From assembly GCA_963843575.1 (NCBI GenBank), contig CAWJKZ010000013.1:576001-640000 (forward strand): 64,000 nucleotides of DNA. The letters run 5' to 3'. Positions 1-9,964 of this stretch are shown one piece after another. The translations under genes and the position numbers were made by a program. This stretch comes from an uncultured Acidobacteriota bacterium (lineage in GTDB: Bacteria; Acidobacteriota; UBA6911). The notes beneath the pieces are model-generated. The model was not told the DNA's origin. It ran no database searches and saw only the letters and a program-made list of their open reading frames with translations. Position 1 is the first letter of the stretch. Every line of letters starts with the position of its first letter.

Positions 1-590
1 TCATCGCCATGAAGAAGCAATCGACGGACTCGTCGACCAGGAAGATGGACGACATGTTCAGCGGAGGGAGTTTTTTCCCGAACGTCGACTGGAGCCGCAC
101 CAAGGCGTACAGCCTGGGGCTTGGCGGCATCTTCATCAACCTCAAGGGGCGCGAAGGCCAAGGCTCGGTTGCACCGGGCGCGGAATACGAAGAGGTGCGC
201 CACCAGATCATGGCAAAGCTTAAGCAGTTTCAGGATCCGGATACGGGCGCTCCCGTCATACAGGGCGTCTACAAGCGGGAAGACATATTTCACGGGCCCG
301 AAACCGGACACGCGCCGGACCTGCAGCTCTCCTTCCACGACGGCTACCGCACGTCGTGGCAGACCGCCCTCGGAGCGATCCCGGAAGACATCGTGGTCGC
401 CAACATGAAAAAGTGGAGTGGTGATCACTGCGCATCCGACAGCTCGGATACCCTTGGGATTCTGCTTTCCAACCGCCGAATCGCGCCTGAGAAGTACTCC
501 ATCATCGATATCGGGCCCACGGTAATTCGGCTGTTCGGGTTGCCGGTGCCGGCCGAAATGGATGGCCGTCCCATCTTGTTCGCGCCTTGA
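1..590 (+). CDS. Alkaline phosphatase superfamily / nucleotide pyrophosphatase-phosphodiesterase, C-terminal part (5' truncated by window)
   Basis: Family-typical motifs VDWSRTKAYSLGLGGIFINLKGREGQG, APDLQL, WSGDH and IIDIGPT...PAEMDGRP. Confidence 0.8.
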   Translation, partial: IAMKKQSTDSSTRKMDDMFSGGSFFPNVDWSRTKAYSLGLGGIFINLKGREGQGSVAPGAEYEEVRHQIMAKLKQFQDPDTGAPVIQGVYKREDIFHGPETGHAPDLQLSFHDGYRTSWQTALGAIPEDIVVANMKKWSGDHCASDSSDTLGILLSNRRIAPEKYSIIDIGPTVIRLFGLPVPAEMDGRPILFAP

Positions 591-631
591 GCGGAGTCCG
601 CCCTTCCAAAATGCACACGGCGTCCGAAGCG

Positions 632-1618
632 ATGGATCTCTCGATCGTGATCCCGACCTGGAGGGGACGGGATCTGCTGGAGGCCTATCTGCCTTCGGTA
701 CTGGCCGCCGCAGAGCGGTATCGCGAACAGACCGCGAGGGAGTTCGAGGTCATTCTGGTGGACGACGCCGGCGGAGACGACACTGCGGACTGGGTCCGGA
801 CGGCATACGGCGACGGGGTGAAGCTCGTGCAGCACACGCGCAACATGGGATTCCCGGCAGCCTGCCAGACCGGATTCGAGACCGCGCGCTTCCCGCTCGT
901 GCTCCTGCTCAACAACGACGTGCGGCTCGCACCCGACTGCATCGCCCCCATGGCCGCGCACTTCAGGGACCTCGACGTTTTCGCCGTAACCGGTAAGATG
1001 TTCAACCAGGGCGAAGACCGGTTCTGCAACGGCGGCAAGATCGCCCGGTTCCGGCGCGGCATGTGGAGCACCTACGAGAACTATGACGTTCGGCCAGGGG
1101 CGCCGCCGGACGCGCTGTTCCTGTCCTTCACCGCCATCGGCGCGTTCTCCGCCTTCAGCCGCGCCCGGTTCCTGGAGCTCGGCGGCTTCGATCCGCTCGC
1201 GGCCATGGTGGAGGATGTCGAGTTGTCCTACCGGGGGTGGAAACGCGGGTGGGCGGTTCTGTACGAACCGCGCAGCATCGCCTACCACGACGCGAGCAGG
1301 ACGATGGACCGCCGCTACCGGCGCCGCCAGCTCGACAAGCTTTCCAGACGAAACTGGATCCTGATGCACTGGATGCTCCTCCACGACCGGGGCATGTTCG
1401 CCACCCATATCCTTGCGATCGCGACGCGGTTTCTGGCCAGCTGGCTTATACTTGACTGGCGCTTCTACTGGGCCATCTTCAGCGGTCTCGGCCACCTGCC
1501 GGCCATCGTAAGAAAACGCCGGCGGACCCGTCTGGACATGGTCCGGACTGATCGCGAGCTGCTGCGCACCCTGGAGCATTTCTACCGCACGGCGCCGATC
1601 GCGCCGCGCAAGGCCTGA
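632..1618 (+). CDS. Glycosyltransferase family 2
   Basis: LSIVIPTW, VILVDDAGGDDT, LLLNNDV and EDVELSYR motifs; start uncertain (587/611/632). Confidence 0.9.
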   Translation: MDLSIVIPTWRGRDLLEAYLPSVLAAAERYREQTAREFEVILVDDAGGDDTADWVRTAYGDGVKLVQHTRNMGFPAACQTGFETARFPLVLLLNNDVRLAPDCIAPMAAHFRDLDVFAVTGKMFNQGEDRFCNGGKIARFRRGMWSTYENYDVRPGAPPDALFLSFTAIGAFSAFSRARFLELGGFDPLAAMVEDVELSYRGWKRGWAVLYEPRSIAYHDASRTMDRRYRRRQLDKLSRRNWILMHWMLLHDRGMFATHILAIATRFLASWLILDWRFYWAIFSGLGHLPAIVRKRRRTRLDMVRTDRELLRTLEHFYRTAPIAPRKA

Positions 1619-1629
1619 CGCCTCCGCCC

Positions 1630-2397
1630 ATGGAACCGGTTTCCGCGACCCTCATAACCTTTAACGAAGAGGCCAACATTCGGGCGGCGCTCGAGTCGGT
1701 CCGCTGGTGCCGCGATATCGTGGTGGTCGACTCCGGCAGCTCGGACGACACGGTCCGGATCTGCCGGGGGTATACCGACAAGGTCTTCCACCGCGACTGG
1801 ACCGGCTACGTGGACCAGAAGTCCTTTGCCGTCGAACGAGCCGGCCATGACTGGATCTTCTCCCTCGACGCCGACGAGAGGACCAGCCCGGAACTCAGGG
1901 CCGAAATCCTCGACCGCCTGCAAAACGAGCCGCAGGAGGCAGGCTACCGGATTCCGCGCGTCACCTGGTTCATGGGGCGGTGGATCCGGCACGGCGACTG
2001 GTACCCGGACTACCAGTTGCGTCTGTTCGACCGGCGCCGCGGCGGCTGGCAGGGTGGACGGGTCCACGAGTCTGTCCGGGTCGGCGGTCCCGTCGGGCTT
2101 CTCAAGGGCGAGATTCAGCATTTCACGTACCGGACCCTCTCGGATTACCTGCGGCGGCTGGAATCCTATTCCACGCTGGCCGCAGCTGATTACGAGCAAC
2201 GTGGCAAACGGTCGGGCCCCTTCCGCATGCTCGGCGACCCCTTCGCGACCTTCCTGAAGGCCTATCTCCTGAGAAGGGGATTCCTCGACGGGGTGCCGGG
2301 CCTCATGGTTGCGTTCATGGGCGCGATTTCGGTCTACTTCAAATACGCCAAGCTGTACGAGCGGCAGTTGGGCCAACGCTCCCGCGGCGACGCCTGA
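1630..2397 (+). CDS. GT2 glycosyltransferase, WaaE/KdtX-like LPS glucosyltransferase
   Basis: ITFNEEANI, VVDSGSSDDT, SLDADE, WYPDYQLRLF and GFLDG motifs. Confidence 0.88.
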   Translation: MEPVSATLITFNEEANIRAALESVRWCRDIVVVDSGSSDDTVRICRGYTDKVFHRDWTGYVDQKSFAVERAGHDWIFSLDADERTSPELRAEILDRLQNEPQEAGYRIPRVTWFMGRWIRHGDWYPDYQLRLFDRRRGGWQGGRVHESVRVGGPVGLLKGEIQHFTYRTLSDYLRRLESYSTLAAADYEQRGKRSGPFRMLGDPFATFLKAYLLRRGFLDGVPGLMVAFMGAISVYFKYAKLYERQLGQRSRGDA

Positions 2398-2462
2398 GAC
2401 CCCCTCCGCCGGTGCGACAGGCTATGCTATAGTTCAGGCTTAACCGAAAGGAAAAGCGGCTG

Positions 2463-3224
2463 ATGAAAGGCGTCGTGCTTGCCGGAGGATTGGGATCGCG
2501 GCTGTATCCCCTGACCAAGGTCACAAACAAACACCTGCTGCCGATCTACAACAAGCCGATGATCTACTACCCCATTGCGACGCTCGTCGGGGCCGGCATC
2601 CGCGACATTCTCGTAGTGACAGGGGGAAAGAACGCAGGCGAGTTTCTGCGCCTGCTCGGCAACGGCAGGGAATTCGGCTTGCGCCACATCAATTACACAT
2701 ACCAGGAAGGCGAAGGCGGTATCGCGGCGGCGCTTTCGCTCGCGGAGTTTTTCGCCGACGGCGAGCCGATCTGCGTCATCCTTGGAGACAACATCATCGA
2801 ACGGTCCATCGCTCCCTACGTGAAGAATTTCGAGGGACAGGGGGCCGGCGCCCGCATTCTCCTGAAGGAAGTCGATGACCCGCAACGGTTCGGTGTCCCA
2901 GAGATCCGGGGCAGCCAGATCGTCAGGATTGATGAGAAGCCCGCGGTCCCGGCGTCCAGTTTCGCGGTGACCGGGATCTACATGTACGACGCCGAGGTGT
3001 TCGCCTTCATCCGCACCCTCCAGCCATCGGGACGCGGCGAACTGGAGATCACCGACGTCAACAACGCCTACATCGCCAAGGGTGCGATGGCCTACGACAT
3101 TCTCGACGGCTGGTGGACCGACGCGGGCACATTCGAATCCCTGCTGCGCGCCTCCAACCTCGTGGCGCAGAAGGCGACCCGTGAGACACAGCCGGACAGC
3201 CGATCCCTCGCGACCAACGGCTGA
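2463..3224 (+). CDS. rfbA: Glucose-1-phosphate thymidylyltransferase (short RmlA/SpsI type)
   Basis: MKGVVLAGGLGSRLYPLT, PSGRGELEITDVN and WTDAGT. Confidence 0.88.
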   Translation: MKGVVLAGGLGSRLYPLTKVTNKHLLPIYNKPMIYYPIATLVGAGIRDILVVTGGKNAGEFLRLLGNGREFGLRHINYTYQEGEGGIAAALSLAEFFADGEPICVILGDNIIERSIAPYVKNFEGQGAGARILLKEVDDPQRFGVPEIRGSQIVRIDEKPAVPASSFAVTGIYMYDAEVFAFIRTLQPSGRGELEITDVNNAYIAKGAMAYDILDGWWTDAGTFESLLRASNLVAQKATRETQPDSRSLATNG

Positions 3225-3305
3225 GCCTGGCGACGCTGTTGAGCGCAAGGAGAGCGCCGGCTCACACCGCTGCCAGGAATGCGGGGCTGATTCTTCTCCC
3301 GGAAT

Positions 3306-4151
3306 ATGAAAGTTCTCATTGTGGGTTCGCGTGGCATGCTCGGCACCGATCTGGCCGGGCAGTTCGGCGAAAAAGACCAGGTAGTGGGGTACGACGTCGA
3401 CGAACTCGACATCACCGACCCATCGCAGTGCCGTGCACGTCTGCACAAAATCCGTCCCGACGTCACCCTATGCGCGGCGGCCCTGACGGCCGTCGACTAC
3501 TGCGAGGCGCACGAGGACGAGGCCGCGCGTGTCAACGGGACAGGGCCCGGACTTCTGGCTGCGGCCGCGGCCGAGGTCGGCTCGTTACTGGTGCACTTCA
3601 GCACGGATTACGTCTACGACGGCCGGAAAGTCGGGCCCTACGTCGAGGAGGACCCGCCGAATCCGCTCAGCGCCTACGGCAGGTCCAAGCTGCTGGGGGA
3701 CCGGCAGGTACAGCGGCATTGCCCGCGGCACCTGATCCTGCGCACGTCGTGGCTGTTCGGCCCGAACGGAAAGAACTTCATACGCACCATCCTGGGCGCC
3801 GCCCGGCAGGGACTGCCCCTCCGGGTCGTGAGCGATCAGCACGGCTGCCCGACCTACACGCGGGACCTGGCCGCGCACACGGCGCTCCTGCTCAACTCGG
3901 GCCGGACCGGCATTTACCATGTGACGAACGACGGAGAGTGCACCTGGTACGATCTCGCGCGCTTCGCGCTGGACTGCGCCGGGTTGCACGACGTCCGGAT
4001 TACGCCCGTGGACACGTCCGAATTCCCCCGGCCTGCGCCCCGACCGGCCCGATCGGTCCTGGCCAACGCCAGGCTCCGGCGCGAAGGGTTCCCCCGGATG
4101 CGGCCCTGGCAGCAGGCCGTCCACCAGTACGTCGCCGAGTTCGGCGGCTGA
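3306..4151 (+). CDS. rfbD: dTDP-4-dehydrorhamnose reductase
   Basis: GSRGMLG, STDYVYDG, YGRSK, DQHGCPT and PAPRP. Confidence 0.93.
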   Translation: MKVLIVGSRGMLGTDLAGQFGEKDQVVGYDVDELDITDPSQCRARLHKIRPDVTLCAAALTAVDYCEAHEDEAARVNGTGPGLLAAAAAEVGSLLVHFSTDYVYDGRKVGPYVEEDPPNPLSAYGRSKLLGDRQVQRHCPRHLILRTSWLFGPNGKNFIRTILGAARQGLPLRVVSDQHGCPTYTRDLAAHTALLLNSGRTGIYHVTNDGECTWYDLARFALDCAGLHDVRITPVDTSEFPRPAPRPARSVLANARLRREGFPRMRPWQQAVHQYVAEFGG

Positions 4152-4172
4152 CCACAGATTCAGGATCCAACA

Positions 4173-4646
4173 ATGACCGCAGAAAAGAGCGACGCCCCGG
4201 AAAAGCTGATCGCCGCGAACAGAAAGGCGCTGCACGACTATTTCATCCTCGACCGGCTGGAAGCCGGGCTGGCGCTCCTCGGCACGGAAGTGAAGTCCAT
4301 CCGCGCCGGACGCATCAACCTCAAGGACAGTTATGCAGCGGTGCGCGAAGGGCAGGCCTACCTGCACAACTGCCACGTCAGCCCGTACTCCCACGGCAAC
4401 CGCGAGAACCACGACCCGACCCGGACCCGCAAACTGTTGCTGCACGCCCGGGAAATTCGCAAACTCATTGGAAAAACTCAGGAAAAGGGATTGACCCTTG
4501 TGCCCTTGCGCGTGTATCTAAAGCGCGGCAGGATAAAGGTGGAGCTAGGTATCGCCCGCGGCAAGAAGCTGTACGACAAGCGCGAAACCGAACGGCGCAA
4601 AGAAGTGGACCGGGAAGCCAAGGCGGCCATGTCACGGCGCCCCTGA
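4173..4646 (+). CDS. smpB: SsrA-binding protein
   Basis: [23 protein letters not shown] and GKKLYDKRE. Confidence 0.97.
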   Translation: MTAEKSDAPEKLIAANRKALHDYFILDRLEAGLALLGTEVKSIRAGRINLKDSYAAVREGQAYLHNCHVSPYSHGNRENHDPTRTRKLLLHAREIRKLIGKTQEKGLTLVPLRVYLKRGRIKVELGIARGKKLYDKRETERRKEVDREAKAAMSRRP

Positions 4647-4662
4647 CGTCAGGGAGGTTCCA

Positions 4663-6150
4663 ATGCAGACAGAGTTCCAGGCCGGCAACTACGCCGAATT
4701 AGCATGCGATCTGGTTGCATTCCCCATCTACGAGGGCGAATCCGCCGACATTCCGGAACTCAGGGCCCTCGATCAGGCTGCTCGCGGCCTGATCGCCTCA
4801 ATGCTCGCTTCCGGGGAGTTCAAGGCCGAACTGCATCGCACGGCTCTCCTGCACAATCCTCCCGGACTCAAAGCAAAAAAGCTCCTGCTGGTCGGTGGCG
4901 GGAAACAGCAGGACCTGACCCTGGCGCGCGTGAGGGAGCTGGCCGGAACCGCCGTCCGCCAGGCCCGCACGACGCTGTCCGGCCATGTCGCCTTCGTGAA
5001 TCGCAACGGGTTCGCGGCAGCCGATGCCGCAAAGGTCCTCACCGAAGGGGCGCTGTACGCCAACTACGAAGCCGATATCTACAAGACCCGAGACAAAGAA
5101 GGGCGGGATGTCGCGCGCTTCACCGTCGCCGGCATACGCCCGAAGAATCGCGACGAGGCCTCCGAAGCGATACGACGCGGGACCGTCCTCGGGGAGGCCA
5201 CGAACTTCGCACGGACGCTGGCCAACGAGCCGTCAAATATCATGACCCCCTCTCAGCTCGCCCAGAAAGCGGCAGAAGTGGGCGGACGCGCCGGGTTGGA
5301 GGTCCAGACCCTCGACCGCGACGACATGGAAAAGCTCGGGATGAACACGCTGCTGGCCGTCGCCCGGGGCAGTGATGAGCCCCCAAGGATGATCATCCTG
5401 CGCATCAAAGGACGCTCAGGCCGGAAACGGGGGAAAACACCGCTATTTGCCTTGGTTGGGAAAGGCGTCACTTTCGACAGCGGCGGCATTTCGATCAAAC
5501 CCGCGGAGAAGATGGAGGACATGAAAGCCGACATGGCGGGAGGGGCGGCCGTTCTGGGCGCCATGGTCGCCCTGGCCCAGCTCAAGCCGCGACGCGACGT
5601 GATCGGCATCGTCCCCGCCGTCGAAAACCTCCCGAGCGGCAAGGCCTCGCGGCCCGGCGATGTCGTCAAGTCCTACCTGGGCAAGACTGTTGAGATCATC
5701 AACACCGACGCCGAGGGGCGGCTGATCCTGGCCGACGCGCTGGCCTATGCCCGGACTCTCGGCGCCACGAACATCGTGGACATCGCCACCCTCACCGGCG
5801 CATGCGTCATCGCGCTCGGCATGGTCAACGCCGGAGTCATGGGTACCGACCAGAACACCATCAACCGCCTCCGCAACAACTGCCACGTCACCGGCGAGAA
5901 ACTGTGGCAGCTTCCCATTGACGAGGAATACCGCAAGGCCATAAAGAGCGAAATCGCCGACATGAAAAACGTCGGCAACCGCTGGGGTGGCGCTATCACC
6001 GCCGCGAAATTCCTGCAGGAGTTTGTCGAGGACACCCCCTGGGTGCACCTTGACATCGCCGGAATGGATCTCGATCACGATGGCCGCCCGTTCGCGGCCA
6101 AAGGCGCCACCGGTTTCGGGGTCCGCACTCTCGTACAACTCTTGGTCTGA
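4663..6150 (+). CDS. pepA: Leucyl aminopeptidase (M17)
   Basis: VGKGVTFDSGG, MKADMAG and NTDAEGRLILAD. Confidence 0.96.
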   Translation: MQTEFQAGNYAELACDLVAFPIYEGESADIPELRALDQAARGLIASMLASGEFKAELHRTALLHNPPGLKAKKLLLVGGGKQQDLTLARVRELAGTAVRQARTTLSGHVAFVNRNGFAAADAAKVLTEGALYANYEADIYKTRDKEGRDVARFTVAGIRPKNRDEASEAIRRGTVLGEATNFARTLANEPSNIMTPSQLAQKAAEVGGRAGLEVQTLDRDDMEKLGMNTLLAVARGSDEPPRMIILRIKGRSGRKRGKTPLFALVGKGVTFDSGGISIKPAEKMEDMKADMAGGAAVLGAMVALAQLKPRRDVIGIVPAVENLPSGKASRPGDVVKSYLGKTVEIINTDAEGRLILADALAYARTLGATNIVDIATLTGACVIALGMVNAGVMGTDQNTINRLRNNCHVTGEKLWQLPIDEEYRKAIKSEIADMKNVGNRWGGAITAAKFLQEFVEDTPWVHLDIAGMDLDHDGRPFAAKGATGFGVRTLVQLLV

Positions 6151-6228
6151 TTGATGAAGCGAATACGGCGGGAAGGGGCCGCAGAGCCACGCAACGAGCT
6201 TCAGAAAGACGCCCGTTTCGGCTCACAA

Positions 6229-6260
6229 CGGGCGGGGCGGACCGCCCCCGCCCTCTTTAT
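6229..6260. terminator. GC-rich hairpin between convergent pepA and hfq-like genes
   Basis: GGGCGGGGCGG-A-CCGCCCCCGCCC followed by TCTTT. Confidence 0.55.
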
Positions 6261-6583
6261 TCGAGGTCGACTTCGTCCGGTTCCTGGTCTTCATTCTGCT
6301 TGTACATGTACTTTATGACGCTCTTCAGAATGAGAAGGTTCGGACCGTCCTGCCGGTGTACCTTGATGCAGTTCTTGTCGTACCACTCTATTACGCCCCG
6401 AATCTCCTCGTCGTCAACCAGCTTGACCACCATCGGAGTCTTTGCAGCCATCTGCTTGATGTAATAATAGTTTTCCGCGTTCGTCACATCGGGAGGCACT
6501 CGCTTCCGAGGCGCGGCGCCATAACGGGGCATCTGATCCTTTATCTCCGACAGGCTCGGCCGGATCAGCTTACGATTTACCAT
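6257..6583 (-). CDS. Hfq/Sm-like RNA chaperone paralog
   Basis: Sm-fold pattern ENYYY..QM..KTPMVVKLVDDEEIRGVIEWYDKNCIKV..NLLILKSVIKYM; RBS GGAGGAG upstream; acidic tail. Confidence 0.75.
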   Translation of the reverse strand: MVNRKLIRPSLSEIKDQMPRYGAAPRKRVPPDVTNAENYYYIKQMAAKTPMVVKLVDDEEIRGVIEWYDKNCIKVHRQDGPNLLILKSVIKYMYKQNEDQEPDEVDLE

Positions 6584-6724
6584 GAAGACACTCCTCCCCG
6601 GAGATAATCAAAAATGGGGGTATTGGTTAATGATGATTGTCTGCCTGCTGCTCGACCGCATATGCAAAGCGTCATCGTTGGAATATGGGCGCGATAGGAT
6701 CTGCCGAAAGCCAGATTGTGTAAA

Positions 6725-6775
6725 ATATTAGCGTAGGACGGTTTCTTTGACAAGCGAAAAGTAATTAGCTAAAGT
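6725..6775. promoter_or_regulatory. Overlapping divergent sigma70-like promoters for the hfq-like gene (-) and TPR gene (+)
   Basis: Plus strand TTGACA(6747)-17-TAAAGT; minus strand TTGTCA(6753)-17-TAATAT. Confidence 0.55.
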
Positions 6776-6841
6776 TTTCGCGAGCTGTCACTTATAAGCA
6801 GGACGCAAGCCCGGGATCGGTTTCCCCGGACGGGCTTTCGC

Positions 6842-7273
6842 ATGGTATCGATGTCTATTCTCAGAACAATCGGTCTGGCCCTGCCGGTTCTGCTGGCTGC
6901 CCTGGAGCCGCCAGCCTTCTCACAGGCGAAAAAACCCGCGCTCATCCGCGATACGGACACCGCCGAGGGCAAGGAAGCGGCGGAACCATCCAAACCGAAG
7001 GAATACAGTCCGATAGAAGCCGAAAAGAGCCTGCAGGTCGGGAATTTCTACTACAAGGGCAAGAACTACGACGCGGCCATCATGCGCTATCTCGAGGCGC
7101 TGGAGTACCAGCCCGATTCCGTGAAGGCTTTCGAGGCGCTGGCACGCGCCTACGAGAAAAACAAACAGTACGACAAGGCTGTGGCCGTATGCCGGGATTT
7201 TATCCGCATGAACCCGGATTCGCCCAAGGCGGCGGATTTCCGTTCCAGGCTGGCTAAGCTCGAGAAGAAATAG
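6842..7273 (+). CDS. Exported TPR protein
   Basis: Signal-peptide-like N-terminus; TPR motifs VGNFYY..NYDAAIMRYLEALEYQPD and ALARAYEK. Confidence 0.8.
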   Translation: MVSMSILRTIGLALPVLLAALEPPAFSQAKKPALIRDTDTAEGKEAAEPSKPKEYSPIEAEKSLQVGNFYYKGKNYDAAIMRYLEALEYQPDSVKAFEALARAYEKNKQYDKAVAVCRDFIRMNPDSPKAADFRSRLAKLEKK

Positions 7274-7289
7274 GCTAACCCCATCTCGC

Positions 7290-7469
7290 CGGTTGAACCG
7301 CCTGCCCTGCCCGCAAAACAAGTGGGTCAGGGCTTCAGCCCGGACGTCCTTTGATCTGATCTATGTGGCAACGGGCGCACGTTATGGCGACCGCAAACAG
7401 CGTCCGGGCTGAAGCCCGGACCCACGTGTATTCTGTTTGGATCGGGCAGATCAACCGTTGGACAGCCTC
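7290..7469. repeat. Inverted GTGG-type REP pair enclosed by a partial MITE end
   Basis: GTGGGTCAGGGCTTCAGCCCGGACG (7322-7346) inverted with CGTCCGGGCTGAAGCCCGGACCCAC (7401-7425); CCGTTGGACAGCCTC (7455-7469) is identical to the end of the element at 52827-52956. Confidence 0.8.
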
Positions 7470-7497
7470 TCGAGGGTGTACCTCGGGCCGCCCGCGC

Positions 7498-8490
7498 CTA
7501 GCCGAGCGACAAAAAGAGCGACTCCAGCGCGAGTTGTTTGTTGACCTTGGTGCGGCTCAGGGTCGACCTGAACAACCTGATCTCCCGGACGGCGGCCGCG
7601 ACGGTCCCGGGGGAGACCTCGGCCGCCAGCTTTTCGAGATCGGCCCGGAGATCGACCTGCCCTATCCGGTGCGGGGCAAGACGGGCGAAGTACACATCCT
7701 GCAAAAGCAGGGCGACCGAGTCGAGCCAAAGAGTGAACCGTTCGGGACCTTTGTCCCTGCCGAAGTCGGCGATCAGGGCGCTCGCGGCGGCGAAACTGCT
7801 CCGCCGAAGCAGCAGCTGGACAAACAGCAGCGCTCCGGCGCGCGTGGCGGGGTAGGTGGCTGCATCGAACGTTTCGGCGGCGCTCATGCTTCCATTGCTG
7901 AATAGTGCCGCGGTGCGGGCTTCTTCCGGAGTTTGGCCGCACTTGTGCTCAAGGTACCGGGCGATGACGTCCGGGGGGAGTGCGCCGAATGTCAGAAGAC
8001 GGGAGCGCGAGAGGATCGTTCCCAGGAGGGCGTACGGATTAGACGTGACCAGGATGAGGATCGACGGGCTGGCGGGTTCTTCGAGCGTCTTCAGGATGCT
8101 GTTCGCCGCCTGGGCCTGCATCTGTTCCGCCGGGTCGAGGATGGCGACGTGGTACCGTCCCTCAAACGGCTGAAAGGCCAGCTCCGTGATGAGGTTGCGG
8201 ATCTGCTCGATTTTGATGAACGTCCCGTCGGGTTGGATCTCGTGCAGATCGGGGTGAAGGCCCTGCCGGATCTTCCGGCAACTCAGGCAACTGCCGCACG
8301 GACGGTCGACGGGGCCGGCCAGACAGTTCACCAGTTGCGCCAGAAGCCGGGCCAGGGTGTGTTTGCCGACACCCGGCGGGCCAGCGAAGATCAATGCGTG
8401 CGGCAGACGGTTCCGTAAGACCGCGCAGCGCAGGATCCCGACCACCCTTGCGTTCCCGACGAAATCAGCCAGACGCGACGGTGTCTCCAT
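7498..8490 (-). CDS. holB: DNA polymerase III subunit delta'
   Basis: HALIFAGPPGVGK, CGSCLSC zinc motif, AANSILKTLEEP and TILSR; follows tmk. Confidence 0.93.
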   Translation of the reverse strand: METPSRLADFVGNARVVGILRCAVLRNRLPHALIFAGPPGVGKHTLARLLAQLVNCLAGPVDRPCGSCLSCRKIRQGLHPDLHEIQPDGTFIKIEQIRNLITELAFQPFEGRYHVAILDPAEQMQAQAANSILKTLEEPASPSILILVTSNPYALLGTILSRSRLLTFGALPPDVIARYLEHKCGQTPEEARTAALFSNGSMSAAETFDAATYPATRAGALLFVQLLLRRSSFAAASALIADFGRDKGPERFTLWLDSVALLLQDVYFARLAPHRIGQVDLRADLEKLAAEVSPGTVAAAVREIRLFRSTLSRTKVNKQLALESLFLSLG

Positions 8491-8491
8491 T

Positions 8492-9127
8492 TCAGGGCTC
8501 CCACGGGATCCAACGATCCAGCAGCGGGGCGATCCGGGCAAAAACGTCGTCCGGGCTTCCCGTCGCGGATACCACCGCAATCCGATCCGGGATACGTCGG
8601 GCCAGATCCAGGTAGGCTGCGCGCACGCGACCGTGAAACGAGAGTTCCTCAGCCTCGAATCGCCCCTCGTCCTGCCCCGTGCTCTCGGTGTTCCGCTTGC
8701 GGGCCCTCTCAAGACCGGTCTGCGGGTCCAGATCGAGCAGGATTGTCCGATCCGGATCCGGGATCTCCAGCAGGCTTGCGAGCGCGTCGATTTTCTCCGG
8801 CGGAATCCGCCGCGCCCCGCCCTGGTAAGCCCGGGTGGCGTCGTGGTAACGGTCGGAGAGCACGGTTACGCCCTGGGCGAGCGCGGGCTCGACAACCTCC
8901 TTCAGGTGTTGAACTCTGTCGGCAAGGTACAGGAGCAGTTCCCCCACAGGGTCGCGCTGCGCTCCCCCGCTGCAGAGCAGAAGCTGCCGCAGGGCAACCC
9001 CGAACCGTGTCCCTCCGGGCTCGCGCGTGACCAGCGTCGCCACCCCCCTGCGCCGCAGGTGCTCCTCGGCGCGCCTGATCTGCAGCGTCTTGCCCGAGCC
9101 TTCGATACCCTCGAAAGTGATGAACAT
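8492..9127 (-). CDS. tmk: Thymidylate kinase
   Basis: MFITFEGIEGSGKT, TREPGGT and LSDRY. Confidence 0.96.
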   Translation of the reverse strand: MFITFEGIEGSGKTLQIRRAEEHLRRRGVATLVTREPGGTRFGVALRQLLLCSGGAQRDPVGELLLYLADRVQHLKEVVEPALAQGVTVLSDRYHDATRAYQGGARRIPPEKIDALASLLEIPDPDRTILLDLDPQTGLERARKRNTESTGQDEGRFEAEELSFHGRVRAAYLDLARRIPDRIAVVSATGSPDDVFARIAPLLDRWIPWEP

Positions 9128-9253
9128 GGCCTCTTCCTTGCCACGAGCCGGAAAGACATCTAGAATCGCTCCCGGCACGGAAAATTCAGGATAATGATCG
9201 AGAGTAGCAAAGGACTCCCTTCAACTCAAACGCGATTCTGATATTCGGGGGCA

Positions 9254-9964
9254 TTGAGGTACGCCGTGAGGACTGCCCAACAGAACCTGGAGGACGCGCG
9301 TGAACGCATCTCGCGGGCAGCGCTCGTGGCTGGACGTGACGCTGGAGAAATCTCGTTGGTGGCCATCAGCAAGACCTTCCCCCCCGAAGCGATCGCCGAG
9401 GTTGCGGCCGCGGGCCAGCGTCTGTTCGGGGAAAACCGCGTGCAGGAAGCCGAGGCGAAGATCAGCCGGGTTGCGGCACGATACCCGGATATCGAATGGC
9501 ACCTCGTGGGCCACCTGCAATCCAACAAGGCCCGCCGCGCCGTCGAACTCTTCCAGATGATCCATTCGGTCGACAGCCTCCACTTGGCCTCACGGCTCAG
9601 CGAGTCGGCGCTGGCCCGAGGGGCGTGCATTCCCATCCTGATCCAGGTGGACCTCGGGCACGAACCCACTAAATTCGGGGCCGAACCGCACGAACTCCTG
9701 GCGATTCTGGCCGGTGCCAGCCAGCTCAGGGGAATCCGGGTTGAGGGGCTCATGACGATCCCGCCTTTCCTGGAGGATCCCGAGCACGTCCGTCCCTTCT
9801 TCGCCCGTCTGCGCGAACTGCGCGACTCGCTCCAGGGTCAGCAGCCGGGATGCCTCGGCAAAGGACACCTTTCGATGGGCATGAGTCACGACTTCGAGGC
9901 AGCGATCAAGGAGGGGGCGACGATCATCAGGGTGGGGACCGCCATCTTCGGGGATCGGTCGTGA
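9254..9964 (+). CDS. yggS: PLP homeostasis protein YggS
   Basis: LVAISK, FGENRVQE, WHLVGHLQSNK, LSMGMSHDF and RVGTAIFG. Confidence 0.95.
   Translation: MRYAVRTAQQNLEDARERISRAALVAGRDAGEISLVAISKTFPPEAIAEVAAAGQRLFGENRVQEAEAKISRVAARYPDIEWHLVGHLQSNKARRAVELFQMIHSVDSLHLASRLSESALARGACIPILIQVDLGHEPTKFGAEPHELLAILAGASQLRGIRVEGLMTIPPFLEDPEHVRPFFARLRELRDSLQGQQPGCLGKGHLSMGMSHDFEAAIKEGATIIRVGTAIFGDRS

Noticed and set aside
4647-4662. tmRNA (ssrA) next to smpB
   Set aside because: Only 16 bp separate smpB from pepA; no tRNA-like ends were seen
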